From: Macrostomum hystrix
Taxonomy: Eukaryota > Animalia > Platyhelminthes
Assembly: GCA_950097015.1 (NCBI GenBank)
Contig: CATNEN010000025.1
Span: 7,626,001-7,690,000, forward strand
Length of the DNA: 64,000 nucleotides
Direction: 5' to 3'
The notes below the pieces were generated by a model. That model searched no databases. It saw only the letters and a list, made by a program, of their open reading frames with translations, and was not told where the DNA came from. Within the stretch, counting starts at the first letter, position 1; every line of letters begins with the position of its first letter. The translations under genes were made by a program, and so were the position numbers. Positions 42,315 through 56,500 of the stretch are shown here, in pieces.

Positions 42315-45300
42315 GGCCTCAGTCATCTACCTCTCCGCCACTCTAATCTACCTCTCCGCCTCACTCATCTACCTCTCCGCCACTCTAATCTACCTCTCCG
42401 CCTCTCTAATCTACCTCTCCGCCTCACTCATCTACCTCTCCGCCACTCTAATCTACCTCTCCGCCTCTCTAATCTACCTCTCCGCCTCTCATCTACCTCT
42501 CCGCCACTCTAATCTACCTCTCCGCCTCACTCATCTACCTCTCCGCCACTCTAATCTACCTCTCCGCCTCTCTAATCTACCTCTCCGCCTCTCATCTACC
42601 TCTCCGCCACTCTAATCTACCTCTCCGCCTCACTCATCTACCTCTCCGCCACTCTAATCTACCTCTCCGCCTCACTCATCTACCTCTCCGCCACTCTAAT
42701 CTACCTCTCCGCCTCTCTAATCTACCTCTCCGCCTCTCATCTACCTCTCCGCCACTCTAATCTACCTCTCCGCCTCACTCATCTACCTCTCCGCCACTCT
42801 AATCTACCTCTCCGCCTCTCTAATCTACCTCTCCGCCTCTCATCTACCTCTCCGCCACTCTAATCTACCTCTCCGCCTCACTCATCTACCTCTCCGCCAC
42901 TCTAATCTAACTCTCCGCCTCTATAATCTTTCTCTCCGCCTCTATAATCTACCTCCTCTCCTGTCTAATCTACCTCTTCTCCTGTCTAATCTATCTCTCC
43001 CCCGCTCTAATCAACCTCTCCGCCACTCTAATCTATTTCTCCGCCACTCTAATCTACCTCTCCGCCTCACTCATCTACCTCTCCGCCTCACTCATCTACC
43101 TCTCCGCCACTCTAATCTACCTCTCCGCCTCACTCATCTACCTCTCCGCCACTCTAATCTACCTCTCCGCCACTCTAATCTACCTCTCCGCCTCTATAAT
43201 CTTTCTCTCCGCCTCTATAATCTACCTCTTCTCCTGTCTAATCTACCTCTTCTCCTGTCTAATCTACCTCTTCTCCTGTCTAATCTATTTCTCCGCCTCA
43301 CTCATCTACCTCTCCGCCACTCTAATATATTTCTCCGCCTCTCTCATCTACCTCTCCGCCTCACTCATCTACCTCTCCGCCACTCTAATCTCCTCTCCGC
43401 CTCACTCATCTACCTCTCCGCCACTATAATCTACCTCTCCGCCTCACTCATCTACCTCTCCGCCACTCTAATCTACCTCTCCGCCTCAGTCATCTACCTC
43501 TCTGCCTCTCTAATCTACCTCACGGCCTCAGTCATCTACCTCTCTGCCTCTCTCATCTACCTCACGGCCTCAGTCATCTACCTCTCTGCCTCTCTCATCT
43601 ACCTCACGGCCTCAGTCATCTACCTCTCTGCCTCTCTCATCTACCTCACGGCCTCAGTCATCTACCTTTCTGCCTCTCTCATCTACCTCACGGCCTCACT
43701 CATCTACCTCTCTGCCTCTCTAATCTACCTCACGGCCTCAGTCATCTACCTCTCTGCCTCTCTAATCTACCTCACGGCCTCAGTCATCTACCTCTCTGCC
43801 TCTCTAATCTACCTCACGGCCTCAGTCATCTACCTCTCTGCCTCTCTAATCTACCTCACGGCCTCACTCATCTACCTCTCTGCCTCTCTAATCTACCTCA
43901 CGGCCTCAGTCATCTACCTCTCTGCCTCTCTAATCTACCTCACGGCCTCAGTCATCTACCTCTCTGCCTCTCTAATCTACCTCTCCGCCACTCTAATCTA
44001 CCTCTCCGCCTCTATAATCTTTCTCTCCGCCTCTATAATCTACCTCTTCTCCTGTCTAATCTACCTCTTCTCCTGTCTAATCTACCTCTTCTCCTGTCTA
44101 ATCTATTTCTCCGCCTCACTCATCTACCTCTCCGCCACTCTAATATATTTCTCCGCCTCTCTCATCTACCTCTCCGCCTCACTCATCTACCTCTCCGCCA
44201 CTCTAATCTCCTCTCCGCCTCACTCATCTACCTCTCCGCCACTATAATCTACCTCTCCGCCTCACTCATCTACCTCTCCGCCACTCTAATCTACCTCTCC
44301 GCCTCACTCATCTACCTCTCCGCCACTCTAATCTACCTCTCCGCCTCACTCATCTACCTCTCCTCCACTCTAATCTACCTCTCCGCCTCTCTAATCTACC
44401 TCTCCGCCACTCTAATCTACCTCTCCGCCTCTCTAATCTACCTCTCCGCCACTCTAATCTACCTCTCCGCCTCTATAATCTACCTCTCCGCCTCACTCAT
44501 CTACCTCTCCGCCTCTCTAATCTACCTCTCCGCCTCACTCATCTACCTCTCCGCCACTCTAATCTACCTCTCCGCCTCATCTAATCTACTCTCTCCGCCT
44601 CAGTCATCTACCTCTCCTGCCTCTCTAATCTACCTCTCCGGCCTCAGCTCTATCTACCTCTCTCGCCTCTCTAATCTACCTCTCCGGCCTCACTCAATCT
44701 ACCTCTCCGCCTCTCTAATCTACCTCATCGCGCCTCACGTCATCTACCTCTCCGCCACTCTAATCTACCTCCCGGCCTCACTCATCTACCTCTCCGCCAC
44801 TCTAATCTACCTCCCGGCCTCAGCTCATCTACCTCTCCGCTCTCTAATCTACCTCTCACGCTCACTCATCTACCTCTCCCATCTCTAATCTACCTCTCAC
44901 GGCCTCAGTCATCTACCTCTCCGCCTCTCTAATCTACCTCTATCGGCCTCAGTCAATCTATCTCTCTGCCTCTCTAATCTACCTCTCGCCTCACTCATCT
45001 ACCTCTCTGCCTCTCTAATCTACCTCACGGCCTCACTCATCTACCTCTCTGCCTCTCTAATCTACCTCACGGCCTCAGTCATCTACCTCTCTGCCTCTCT
45101 AATCTACCTCACGGCCTCAGTCATCTACCTCTCTGCCTCTCTAATCTACCTCACGGCCTCACTCATCTACCTCTCCGCCACTCTAATCTACCTCTCCGCC
45201 TCACTAATCTATTTCTCCGCCTCACTCATCTACCTCTCCGCCACTCTAATCTACCTCTCTGCCTCACTCATCTACCTCTCCGCCCCTCTCATCTACCTCT

Positions 45301-47272
45301 CCGCCACTCTAATCTACCTCTCCGCCACTCTCTTCTACCTCTCCTCCTCTCTAATCTACCTCTCCGCCTCTCTAATCTACCTCTCAGCCTCTCTCATCTA
45401 CCTCTCCGCCTCTCTCATCTACCTCTCCGCCTCTCTCATCTACCTCTCCGCCTCTCATCTACCTCTCTGCCTCTCTAATCTACCTCACGGCCTCACTCAT
45501 CTACCTCTCCGCCACTCTAATCTACCTCTCCGCCTCTCTAATCTACCTCTCCGCCTCACTAATCTATTTCTCCGCCTCACTCATCTACCTCTCCGCCACT
45601 CTAATCTACCTCTCTGCCTCACTCATCTACCTCTCCGCCACTCTAATCTACCTCTCCGCCACTCTAATCTACCTCTCCGCCACTCTCTTCTACCTCTCCT
45701 CCTCTCTAATCTACCTCTCCGCCTCTCTAATCTACCTCTCCGCCTCTCTCATCTACCTCTCCGCCTCTCTCATCTACCTCTCCGCCTCTCTCATCTACCT
45801 CTCCGCCCCTCTCATCTACCTCTCCGCCTCTCTCATGTACCTCTCCGCCTCACTCATCTACCTCTCCGCCACTCTAATCTACCTCTCCGCCTCACTAATC
45901 TTCCTCTCCGCCTCTCTAATCTACCTCTCCACCTCTCTCTTCTACCTCTCCTCCTCTCTAATCTACCTCTCCGCCTCACTCATCTACCTCTCCGCCTCTC
46001 TAATCTACCTCTCTGCCTCTCTCATATACCTCTCTGCCTCTCAAATCAATCTCTCCGCCTCTCTAATCTACCTCTCCGCCTCACTCATCTACCTCTCCGC
46101 CACTCTAATATATTTCTCCGCCTCACTCATCTACCTCTCTAATCTACCTCTCCGCCTCTCTAACCTTTCTCTCCGCCTCTCTAATCTACCTCTCCGCCTC
46201 TCTCATCTACCTCTCCGCCTCTCTAATCTACCTCACGGCCTCACTCATCTACCTCTCTGCCTCACTAATCTACCTCACGGCCTCACTCATCTACCTCTCT
46301 GCCTCACTCATCTACCTCACGGCCTCACTCATCTACCTCTCTGCCTCTCTAATCTACCTCACGGCCTCAGTCATCTACCTCTCTGCCTCTCTAATCTACC
46401 TCACGGCCTCACTCATCTACCTCTCTGCCTCTCTAATCTACCTCACGGCCTCAGTCATCTACCTCTCTGCCTCTCTAATCTACCTCACGGCCTCAGTCAT
46501 CTACCTCTCTGCCTCTCTAATCTACCTCTCCGCCTTTCTAATCCACCTCTCCGCCTCTCTAATCTACCTCTCCGCCTCACTCATCTACCTCTCCGCCACT
46601 CTAATCTATTTCTCCGCCTCACTCATCTACCTCTCTAATCTACCTCTCCGCCTCTCTAATCTATCTCTCCGCCTCTCTAATCTACCTCTCCGCCTCTCTA
46701 ACCTTTCTCTCCGCCACTCTAATCTACCTCTCCGCCTCTCTCATCTACCTCTCCGCCTCTCTCATCTACCTCTCTGCCTCTCTAATCTAACTCTCCGCCT
46801 TTCTAATCCACCTCTCCGCCTCTCTCATCTACCTCTCTGCCTCTCTCATCTACCTCTCTGCCGCTCTCATCTACCTCTCTGCCTCTCTCATCTACCTCTC
46901 CGCCTCTCTAATCTATCTCTCCGCCTCTCTAATCTACCTCTCCGCCTCTCTAACCTTTCTCTCCGCCACTCTAATCTACCTCTCCGCCACTCTCATCTAC
47001 CTCTCTTCCTCTCTAATCTACCTCTCCGCCTTTCTAATCCAACTCTCCGCCTCTCTCATCTACCTCTCTGCCTCTCTTATCTACCTCTCTGCCGCTCTCA
47101 TCTACCTCTCCGCCTCTCTCATCTACCTCTCCGCCTCTCTAATCTATCTCTCCGCCTCTCTAATCTACCTCTCCGCCTCTATAACCTTTCTCTCAGCCAC
47201 TCTAATCTACCTCTCCGCCTCTCTAATCTACCTCTCCGCCTCTCTCATCTACCTCTCTGCCTCTCTTATCTA
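42315..47272. repeat. 21-bp satellite CTAATCTACCTCTCCGCCTCT (~235 units)
   Basis: About 5-kb array with sub-domains of variant units (CACGGCCTCAGTCA, CTTCTCCTGTCTAA). Confidence 0.97.
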
Positions 47273-47585
47273 CTCTTATTCCTTTCTTAACTACCTTCCA
47301 CAAAACTCTACAGTCGTGATTATTCCAACATGAAAAATAATTTATTTTATTTTCTCACAAAAGTATTACATCATATATACTCAAGAGCATATATATCAAG
47401 AGCTTCTCAACATTGTTGAAACTGGCAAGTTCTCAATCAAAGCCTTTTCAGCCCTTTTAAAAACAGTGGGAGTTGAAAACTATAACAAAATTAATTTAAT
47501 GCTGCGATAAAAAATGTTAATTTTGAATCACTGATAGCTGCACCTAAGTTGAAAAAATTTGGATCAAACGACCTTTCTTTGTCTC

Positions 47586-50500
47586 GAAGTTTCTGTATTT
47601 TGAAGTTTCTGTATTTTGAAGTGTCTGTATTTTGAAGTGTCTGTATTTTGAAGTTTCAGTATTTTGAAGTTTCTGTATTTTGAAGTTTCTGTATTTTGAA
47701 GTGTCTGTATTTTGAAGTGTCTGTATTTTGAAGTTTCTGTATTTTGAAGTGTCTGTGTTTTGAAGTGTCTGTATTTTGAAGTTTCTGTATTTTGAAGTGT
47801 CTGTATTTTGAAGTTTCTGTATTTTAAAGTGTCTGTATTTTGAAGTGTCTGTATTTTGAAGTTTCTGTATTTTGAAGTGTCTGTATTTTGAAGTGTCTGT
47901 ATTTTGAAGTTTCTGTATTTTGAAGTGTCTGTATTTTGAAGTGTCTGTATTTTGAAGTTTCTGTATTTTGAAGTGTCTGTATTTTGAAGTTTCTGTATTT
48001 TGAAGTGTCTGTATTTTGAAGTGTCTGTATTTTGAAGTGTCTGTATTTTGAAGTTTCTGTATTTTGAAGTTTCTGTATTTTGAAGTGTCTGTATTTTGAA
48101 GTGTCTGTATTTTGAAGTGTCTGTATTTTGAAGTTTCTGTATTTTGAAGTTTCTGTATTTTGAAGTGTCTGTATTTTGAAGTTTCTGTATTTTGAAGTTT
48201 CTGTATTTTGAAGTTTCTGTATTTTGAAGTGTCTGTATTTTGAAGTGTCTGTATTTTGAAGTTTCTGTATTTTCAAGTGTCTGTATTTTGAAGTTTCTGT
48301 ATTTTGAAGTGTCTGTATTTTGAAGTGTCTGTATTTTGAAGTTTCTGTATTTTGAAGTGTCTGTGTTTTGAAGTGTCTGTATTTTGAAGTTTCTGTATTT
48401 TGAAGTGTCTGTATTTTGAAGTTTCTGTATTTTAAAGTGTCTGTATTTTGAAGTGTCTGTATTTTGAAGTTTCTGTATTTTGAAGTGTCTGTATTTTGAA
48501 GTGTCTGTATTTTGAAGTTTCTGTATTTTGAAGTTTCTGTATTTTGAAGTGTCTGTATTTTGAAGTGTCTGTATTTTGAAGTTTCTGTATTTTGAAGTGT
48601 CTGTATTTTGAAGTTTCTGTATTTTGAAGTGTCTGTATTTTGAAGTGTCTGTATTTTGAAGTGTCTGTATTTTGAAGTTTCTGTATTTTGAAGTTTCTGT
48701 ATTTTGAAGTGTCTGTATTTTGAAGTGTCTGTATTTTGAAGTGTCTGTATTTTGAAGTTTCTGTATTTTGAAGTTTCTGTATTTTGAAGTGTCTGTATTT
48801 TGAAGTTTCTGTATTTTGAAGTTTCTGTATTTTGAAGTTTCTGTATTTTGAAGTGTCTGTATTTTGAAGTGTCTGTATTTTGAAGTTTCTGTATTTTCAA
48901 GTGTCTGTATTTTGAAGTGTCTGTATTTTGAAGTGTCTGTATTTTGAAGTTTCTGTATTTTGAAGTTTCTGTATTTTGAAGTGTCTGTATTTTGAAGTGT
49001 CTGTATTTTGAAGTGTCTGTATTTTGAAGTGTCTGTACTTTGAAGTTTCTGTATTTTGAAGTGTCTGTATTTTGAAGTTTCTGTATTTTGAAGTTTTTGT
49101 ATTTTGAAGTTTCTGTATTTTGAAGTGTCTGTATTTTGAAGTGTCTGTATTTTGAAGTTTCTGTATTTTGAAGTTTCTGTATTTTGAAGTTTCTGTATTT
49201 TGAAGTGTCTGTATTTTGAAGTTTCTGTATTTTGAAGTGTCTGTATTTTGAAGTGTCTGTATTTTGAAGTGTCTGTATTTTGAAGTTTCTGTATTTTGAA
49301 GTTTCTGTATTTTGAAGTGTCTGTATTTTGAAGTTTCTGTATTTTGAAGTGTCTGTATTTTGAAGTTTCTGTATTTGAAGTTTCTGTATTTTGAAGTTTC
49401 TGTATTTTGAAGTTTCTGTATTTTGAAGTGTCTGTATTTTGAAGTTTCTGTATTTTGAAGTTTCTGTATTTTGAAGTGTCTGTATTTTGAAGTGTCTGTA
49501 TTTTGAAGTGTCTGTATTTCGAAGTGTCTGTATTTTGAAGTGTCTGTATTTTGAAGTTTCTGTATTTTGAAGTTTCTGTATTTTGAAGTGTCTGTATTTT
49601 AAAGTGTCTGTATTTTGAAGTTTCTGTATTTTGAAGTGTCTGTATTTTGAAGTTTCTGTATTTTGAAGTTTCTGTATTTTGAAGTTTCTGTATTTTGAAG
49701 TTTCTGTATTTTGAAGTTTCTGTATTTTGAAGTGTCTGTATTTTGAAGTTTCTGTATTTTGAAGTTTCTGTATTTTGAAGTGTCTGTATTTTGAAGTGTC
49801 TGTATTTTGAAGTGTCTGTATTTCGAAGTGTCTGTATTTTGAAGTGTCTGTATTTTGAAGTTTCTGTATTTTGAAGTTTCTGTATTTTGAAGTGTCTGTA
49901 TTTTAAAGTGTCTGTATTTTGAAGTTTCTGTATTTTGAAGTGTCTGTATTTTGAAGTTTCTGTATTTTGAAGTTTCTGTATTTTGAAGTTTCTGTATTTT
50001 GAAGTTTCTGTATTTTGAAGTTTCTGTATTTTGAAGTTTCTGTATTTTGAAGTTTCTGTATTTTGAAGTGTCTGTATTTTGAAGTTTCTGTATTTTGAAG
50101 TGTCTGTATTTTGAAGTTTCTGTATTTTGAAGTTTCTGTATTTTGAAGTTTCTGTATTTTGAAGTTTCTGTATTTTGAAGTGTCTGTATTTTGAAGTTTC
50201 TGTATTTTGAAGTTTCTGTATTTTGAAGTGTCTGTATTTTGAAGTGTCTGTATTTTGAAGTGTCTGTATTTCGAAGTGTCTGTATTTTGAAGTGTCTGTA
50301 TTTTGAAGTTTCTGTATTTTGAAGTTTCTGTATTTTGAAGTGTCTGTATTTTAAAGTGTCTGTATTTTGAAGTTTCTGTATTTTGAAGTGTCTGTATTTT
50401 GAAGTTTCTGTATTTTGAAGTTTCTGTATTTTGAAGTTTCTGTATTTTGAAGTTTCTGTATTTTGAAGTTTCTGTATTTTGAAGTGTCTGTATTTTGAAG

Positions 50501-53500
50501 TTTCTGTATTTTGAAGTTTCTGTATTTTGAAGTGTCTGTATTTTGAAGTGTCTGTATTTTGAAGTGTCTGTATTTCGAAGTGTCTGTATTTTGAAGTGTC
50601 TGTATTTTGAAGTTTCTGTATTTTGAAGTTTCTGTATTTTGAAGTGTCTGTATTTTAAAGTGTCTGTATTTTGAAGTTTCTGTATTTTGAAGTGTCTGTA
50701 TTTTGAAGTTTCTGTATTTTGAAGTTTCTGTATTTTGAAGTTTCTGTATTTTGAAGTTTCTGTATTTTGAAGTTTCTGTATTTTGAAGTTTCTGTATTTT
50801 GAAGTTTCTGTATTTTGAAGTGTCTGTATTTTGAAGTGTCTGTATTTTGAAGTTTCTGTATTTTGAAGTTTCTGTATTTTGAAGTGTCTGTATTTTGAAG
50901 TGTCTGTATTTTGAAGTGTCTGTATTTCGAAGTGTCTGTATTTTGAAGTGTCTGTATTTTGAAGTGTCTGTATTTCGAAGTGTCTGTATTTTGAAGTGTC
51001 TGTATTTTGAAGTTTCTCTATTTTGAAGTTTCTGTATTTTGAAGTGTCTGTATTTTAAAGTGTCTGTATTTTGAAGTTTCTGTATTTTGAAGTGTCTGTA
51101 TTTTGAAGTTTCTGTATTTTGAAGTTTCTGTATTTTGAAGTTTCTGTATTTTGAAGTTTCTGTATTTTGAAGTTTCTGTATTTTGAAGTTTCTGTATTTT
51201 GAAGTTTCTGTATTTTGAAGTGTCTGTATTTTGAAGTTTCTGTATTTTGAAGTGTCTGTATTTTGAAGTTTCTGTATTTTGAAGTTTCTGTATTTTGAAG
51301 TTTCTGTATTTTGAAGTTTCTGTATTTTGAAGTGTCTGTATTTTGAAGTTTCTGTATTTTGAAGTTTCTGTATTTTGAAGTGTCTGTATTTTGAAGTGTC
51401 TGTATTTTGAAGTGTCTGTATTTCGAAGTGTCTGTATTTTGAAGTGTCTGTATTTTGAAGTTTCTGTATTTTGAAGTTTCTGTATTTTGAAGTGTCTGTA
51501 TTTTAAAGTGTCTGTATTTTGAAGTTTCTGTATTTTGAAGTGTCTGTATTTTGAAGTTTCTGTATTTTGAAGTTTCTGTATTTTGAAGTTTCTGTATTTT
51601 GAAGTTTCTGTATTTTGAAGTTTCTGTATTTTGAAGTGTCTGTATTTTGAAGTTTCTGTATTTTGAAGTTTCTGTATTTTGAAGTGTCTGTATTTTGAAG
51701 TGTCTGTATTTTGAAGTGTCTGTATTTCGAAGTGTCTGTATTTTGAAGTGTCTGTATTTTGAAGTTTCTGTATTTTGAAGTTTCTGTATTTTGAAGTGTC
51801 TGTATTTTAAAGTGTCTGTATTTTGAAGTTTCTGTATTTTGAAGTGTCTGTATTTTGAAGTTTCTGTATTTTGAAGTTTCTGTATTTTGAAGTTTCTGTA
51901 TTTTGAAGTTTCTGTATTTTGAAGTTTCTGTATTTTGAAGTTTCTGTATTTTGAAGTTTCTGTATTTGAAGTGTCTGTATTTTGAAGTTTCTGTATTTTG
52001 AAGTGTCTGTATTTTGAAGTTTCTGTATTTTGAAGTTTCTGTATTTTGAAGTTTCTGTATTTTGAAGTTTCTGTATTTTGAAGTGTCTGTATTTTGAAGT
52101 TTCTGTATTTTGAAGTTTCTGTATTTTGAAGTGTCTGTATTTTGAAGTGTCTGTATTTTGAAGTGTCTGTATTTCGAAGTGTCTGTATTTTGAAGTGTCT
52201 GTATTTTGAAGTTTCTGTATTTTGAAGTTTCTGTATTTTGAAGTGTCTGTATTTTAAAGTGTCTGTATTTTGAAGTTTCTGTATTTTGAAGTGTCTGTAT
52301 TTTGAAGTTTCTGTATTTTGAAGTTTCTGTATTTTGAAGTTTCTGTATTTTGAAGTTTCTGTATTTTGAAGTTTCTGTATTTTGAAGTGTCTGTATTTTG
52401 AAGTTTCTGTATTTTGAAGTTTCTGTATTTTTGAAGTGTCTGTATTTTGAAGTGTCTGTATTTTGAAGTGTCTGTATTTCGAAGTGTCTGTATTTTGAAG
52501 TGTCTGTATTTTGAAGTTTCTGTATTTTGAAGTTTCTGTATTTTGAAGTGTCTGTATTTTGAAGTTTCTGTATTTTGAAGTGTCTGTATTTTGAAGTTTC
52601 TGTATTTTGAAGTTTCTGTATTTTGAAGTTTCTGTATTTTGAAGTTTCTGTATTTTGAAGTGTCTGTATTTTGAAGTTTCTGTATTTTGAAGTTTCTGTA
52701 TTTTGAAGTGTCTGTATTTTGAAGTGTCTGTATTTTGAAGTGTCTGTATTTTGAAGTTTCTGTATTTTGAAGTTTCTGTATTTTGAAGTGTCTGTATTTT
52801 GAAGTGTCTGTATTTTGAAGTGTCTGTATTTCGAAGTGTCTGTATTTTGAAGTGTCTGTATTTTGAAGTGTCTGTATTTCGAAGTGTCTGTATTTTGAAG
52901 TGTCTGTATTTTGAAGTTTCTCTATTTTGAAGTTTCTGTATTTTGAAGTGTCTGTATTTTAAAGTGTCTGTATTTTGAAGTTTCTGTATTTTGAAGTGTC
53001 TGTATTTTGAAGTTTCTGTATTTTGAAGTTTCTGTATTTTGAAGTTTCTGTATTTTGAAGTTTCTGTATTTTGAAGTTTCTGTATTTTGAAGTTTCTGTA
53101 TTTTGAAGTTTCTGTATTTTGAAGTGTCTGTATTTTGAAGTTTCTGTATTTTGAAGTTTCTGTATTTTGAAGTGTCTGTATTTTGAAGTGTCTGTATTTT
53201 GAAGTTTCTGTATTTTGAAGTGTCTGTATTTTGAAGTTTCTGTATTTTGAAGTGTCTGTATTTTGAAGTGTCTGTATTTTGAAGTGTCTGTATTTTGAAG
53301 TTTCTGTATTTTGAAGTTTCTGTATTTTGAAGTGTCTGTATTTTGAAGTGTCTGTATTTTGAAGTGTCTGTATTTTGAAGTTTCTGTATTTTGAAGTTTC
53401 TGTATTTTGAAGTGTCTGTATTTTGAAGTTTCTGTATTTTGAAGTTTCTGTATTTTGAAGTTTCTGTATTTTGAAGTGTCTGTATTTTGAAGTGTCTGTA

Positions 53501-56500
53501 TTTTGAAGTTTCTGTATTTTCAAGTGTCTGTATTTTGAAGTGTCTGTATTTTGAAGTGTCTGTATTTTGAAGTTTCTGTATTTTGAAGTTTCTGTATTTT
53601 GAAGTGTCTGTATTTTGAAGTGTCTGTATTTTGAAGTGTCTGTATTTTGAAGTGTCTGTACTTTGAAGTTTCTGTATTTTGAAGTGTCTGTATTTTGAAG
53701 TTTCTGTATTTTGAAGTTTTTGTATTTTGAAGTTTCTGTATTTTGAAGTGTCTGTATTTTGAAGTGTCTGTATTTTGAAGTTTCTGTATTTTGAAGTGTC
53801 TGTATTTTGAAGTGTCTGTATTTTGAAGTGTCTGTATTTTGAAGTTTCTGTATTTTGAAGTTTCTGTATTTTGAAGTGTCTGTATTTTGAAGTGTCTGTA
53901 TTTTGAAGTGTCTGTATTTTGAAGTTTCTGTATTTTGAAGTGTCTGTATTTTGAAGTGTCTGTATTTTGAAGTTTCTGTATTTTGAAGTTTCTGTGTTTT
54001 GAAGTTTCTGTATTTTGAAGTGTCTGTATTTTGAAGTGTCTGTATTTTGAAGTGTCTGTATTTTGAAGTTTCTGTGTTTTGAAGTTTCTGTATTTTGAAG
54101 TGTCTGTGTTTTGAAGTGTCTGTATTTTGAAGTGTCTGTATTTTGAAGTTTCTGTATTTTGAAGTTTCTGTATTTTGAAGTGTCTGTATTTTGAAGTGTC
54201 TGTATTTTGAAGTTTCTGTATTTTGAAGTTTCTGTGTTTTGAAGTTTCTGTATTTTGAAGTGTCTGTATTTTGAAGTGTCTGTATTTTGAAGTTTCTGTA
54301 TTTTGAAGTGTCTGTATTTTTAAGTGTCTGTATTTTGAAGTTTCTGTATTTTGAAGTGTCTGTATTTTGAAGTGTCTGTATTTTGAAGTTTCTGTATTTT
54401 GAAGTGTCTGTATTTTGAAGTGTCTGTATTTTGAAGTTTCTGTATTTTAAAGTGTCTGTATTTTGAAGTTTCTGTATTTTAAAGTGTCTGTATTTTGAAG
54501 TTTCTGTATTTTGAAGTGTCTGTATTTTGAAGTGTCTGTATTTTGAAGTTTCTGTATTTTGAAGTGTCTGTATTTTGAAGTTTCTGTATTTTGAAGTGTC
54601 TGTATTTTGAAGTTTCTGTATTTTGAAGTTTCTGTATTTTGAAGTTTCTGTATTTTGAAGTTTCTGTATTTTGAAGTGTCTGTATTTTGAAGTTTCTGTA
54701 TTTTGAAGTTTCTGTATTTTGAAGTGTCTGTATTTGAAGTGTCTGTATTTTGAAGTGTCTGTATTTCGAAGTGTCTGTATTTTGAAGTGTCTGTATTTTG
54801 AAGTTTCTGTATTTTGAAGTTTCTGTATTTTGAAGTGTCTGTATTTTAAAGTGTCTGTATTTTGAAGTTTCTGTATTTTGAAGTGTCTGTATTTTGAAGT
54901 TTCTGTATTTTGAAGTTTCTGTATTTTGAAGTTTCTGTATTTTGAAGTTTCTGTATTTTGAAGTTTCTGTATTTTGAAGTTTCTGTATTTTGAAGTGTCT
55001 GTATTTTGAAGTTTCTGTATTTTGAAGTTTCTGTATTTTGAAGTGTCTGTATTTTGAAGTGTCTGTATTTTGAAGTGTCTGTATTTCGAAGTGTCTGTAT
55101 TTTGAAGTGTCTGTATTTTGAAGTTTCTGTATTTTGAAGTTTCTGTATTTTGAAGTGTCTGTATTTTAAAGTGTCTGTATTTTGAAGTTTCTGTATTTTG
55201 AAGTGTCTGTATTTTGAAGTTTCTGTATTTTGAAGTTTCTGTATTTTGAAGTTTCTGTATTTTGAAGTTTCTGTATTTTGAAGTTTCTGTATTTTGAAGT
55301 TTCTGTATTTTGAAGTTTCTGCATTTTGAAGTGTCTGTATTTTGAAGTTTCTGTATTTTGAAGTTTCTGTATTTTGAAGTTTCTGTATTTTGAAGTGTCT
55401 GTATTTTGAAGTGTCTGTATTTTGAAGTGTCTGTATTTCGAAGTGTCTGTATTTTGAAGTGTCTGTATTTTGAAGTGTCTGTATTTCGAAGTGTCTGTAT
55501 TTTGAAGTGTCTGTATTTTGAAGTTTCTCTATTTTGAAGTTTCTGTATTTTGAAGTGTCTGTATTTTAAAGTGTCTGTATTTTGAAGTTTCTGTATTTTG
55601 AAGTGTCTGTATTTTGAAGTTTCTGTATTTTGAAGTTTCTGTATTTTGAAGTTTCTGTATTTTGAAGTTTCTGTATTTTGAAGTTTCTGTATTTTGAAGT
55701 TTCTGTATTTTGAAGTTTCTGTATTTTGAAGTGTCTGTATTTTGAAGTGTCTGTATTTTGAAGTTTCTGTATTTTGAAGTTTCTGTATTTTGAAGTGTCT
55801 GTATTTTGAAGTGTCTGTATTTGAAGTGTCTGTATTTCGAAGTGTCTGTATTTTGAAGTGTCTGTATTTTGAAGTTTCTGTATTTTGAAGTTTCTGTATT
55901 TTGAAGTGTCTGTATTTTGAAGTGTCTGTATTTTGAAGTTTCTGTATTTTGAAGTTTCTGTGTTTTGAAGTTTCTGTGTTTTGAAGTTTCTGTATTTTGA
56001 AGTTTCTGTGTTTTGAAGTTTCTGTATTTTGAAGTTTCTGTATTTTGAAGTGTCTGTATTTTGAAGTGTCTGTATTTTGAAGTGTCTGTATTTTGAAGTT
56101 TCTGTATTTTGAAGTTTCTGTATTTTGAAGTTTCTGTATTTTGAAGTTTCTGTATTTTGAAGTTTCTGTGTTTTGAAGTTTCTGTGTTTTGAAGTGTCTG
56201 TATTTTGAAGTGTCTGTATTTTGAAGTGTCTGTATTTTGAAGTGTCTGTATTTTGAAGTTTCTGTATTTTGAAGTGTCTGTATTTTGAAGTTTCTGTATT
56301 TTGAAGTGTCTGTATTTTGAAGTTTCTGTGTTTTGAAGTTTCTGTATTTTGAAGTTTCTGTATTTTGAAGTTTCTGTATTTTGAAGTGTCTGTATTTTGA
56401 AGTTTCTGTATTTTGAAGTTTCTGTATTTTGAAGTTTCTGTATTTTGAAGTTTCTGTATTTTGAAGTTTCTGTATTTTGAAGTTTCTGTATTTTGAAGTG

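Noticed and set aside
45835-46638. 267-aa ORF resembling a leucine-rich repeat (YLSASLI / LSNLPLR)
   Set aside because: Translation of the 21-bp satellite; a 7-aa period, not an LRR consensus.
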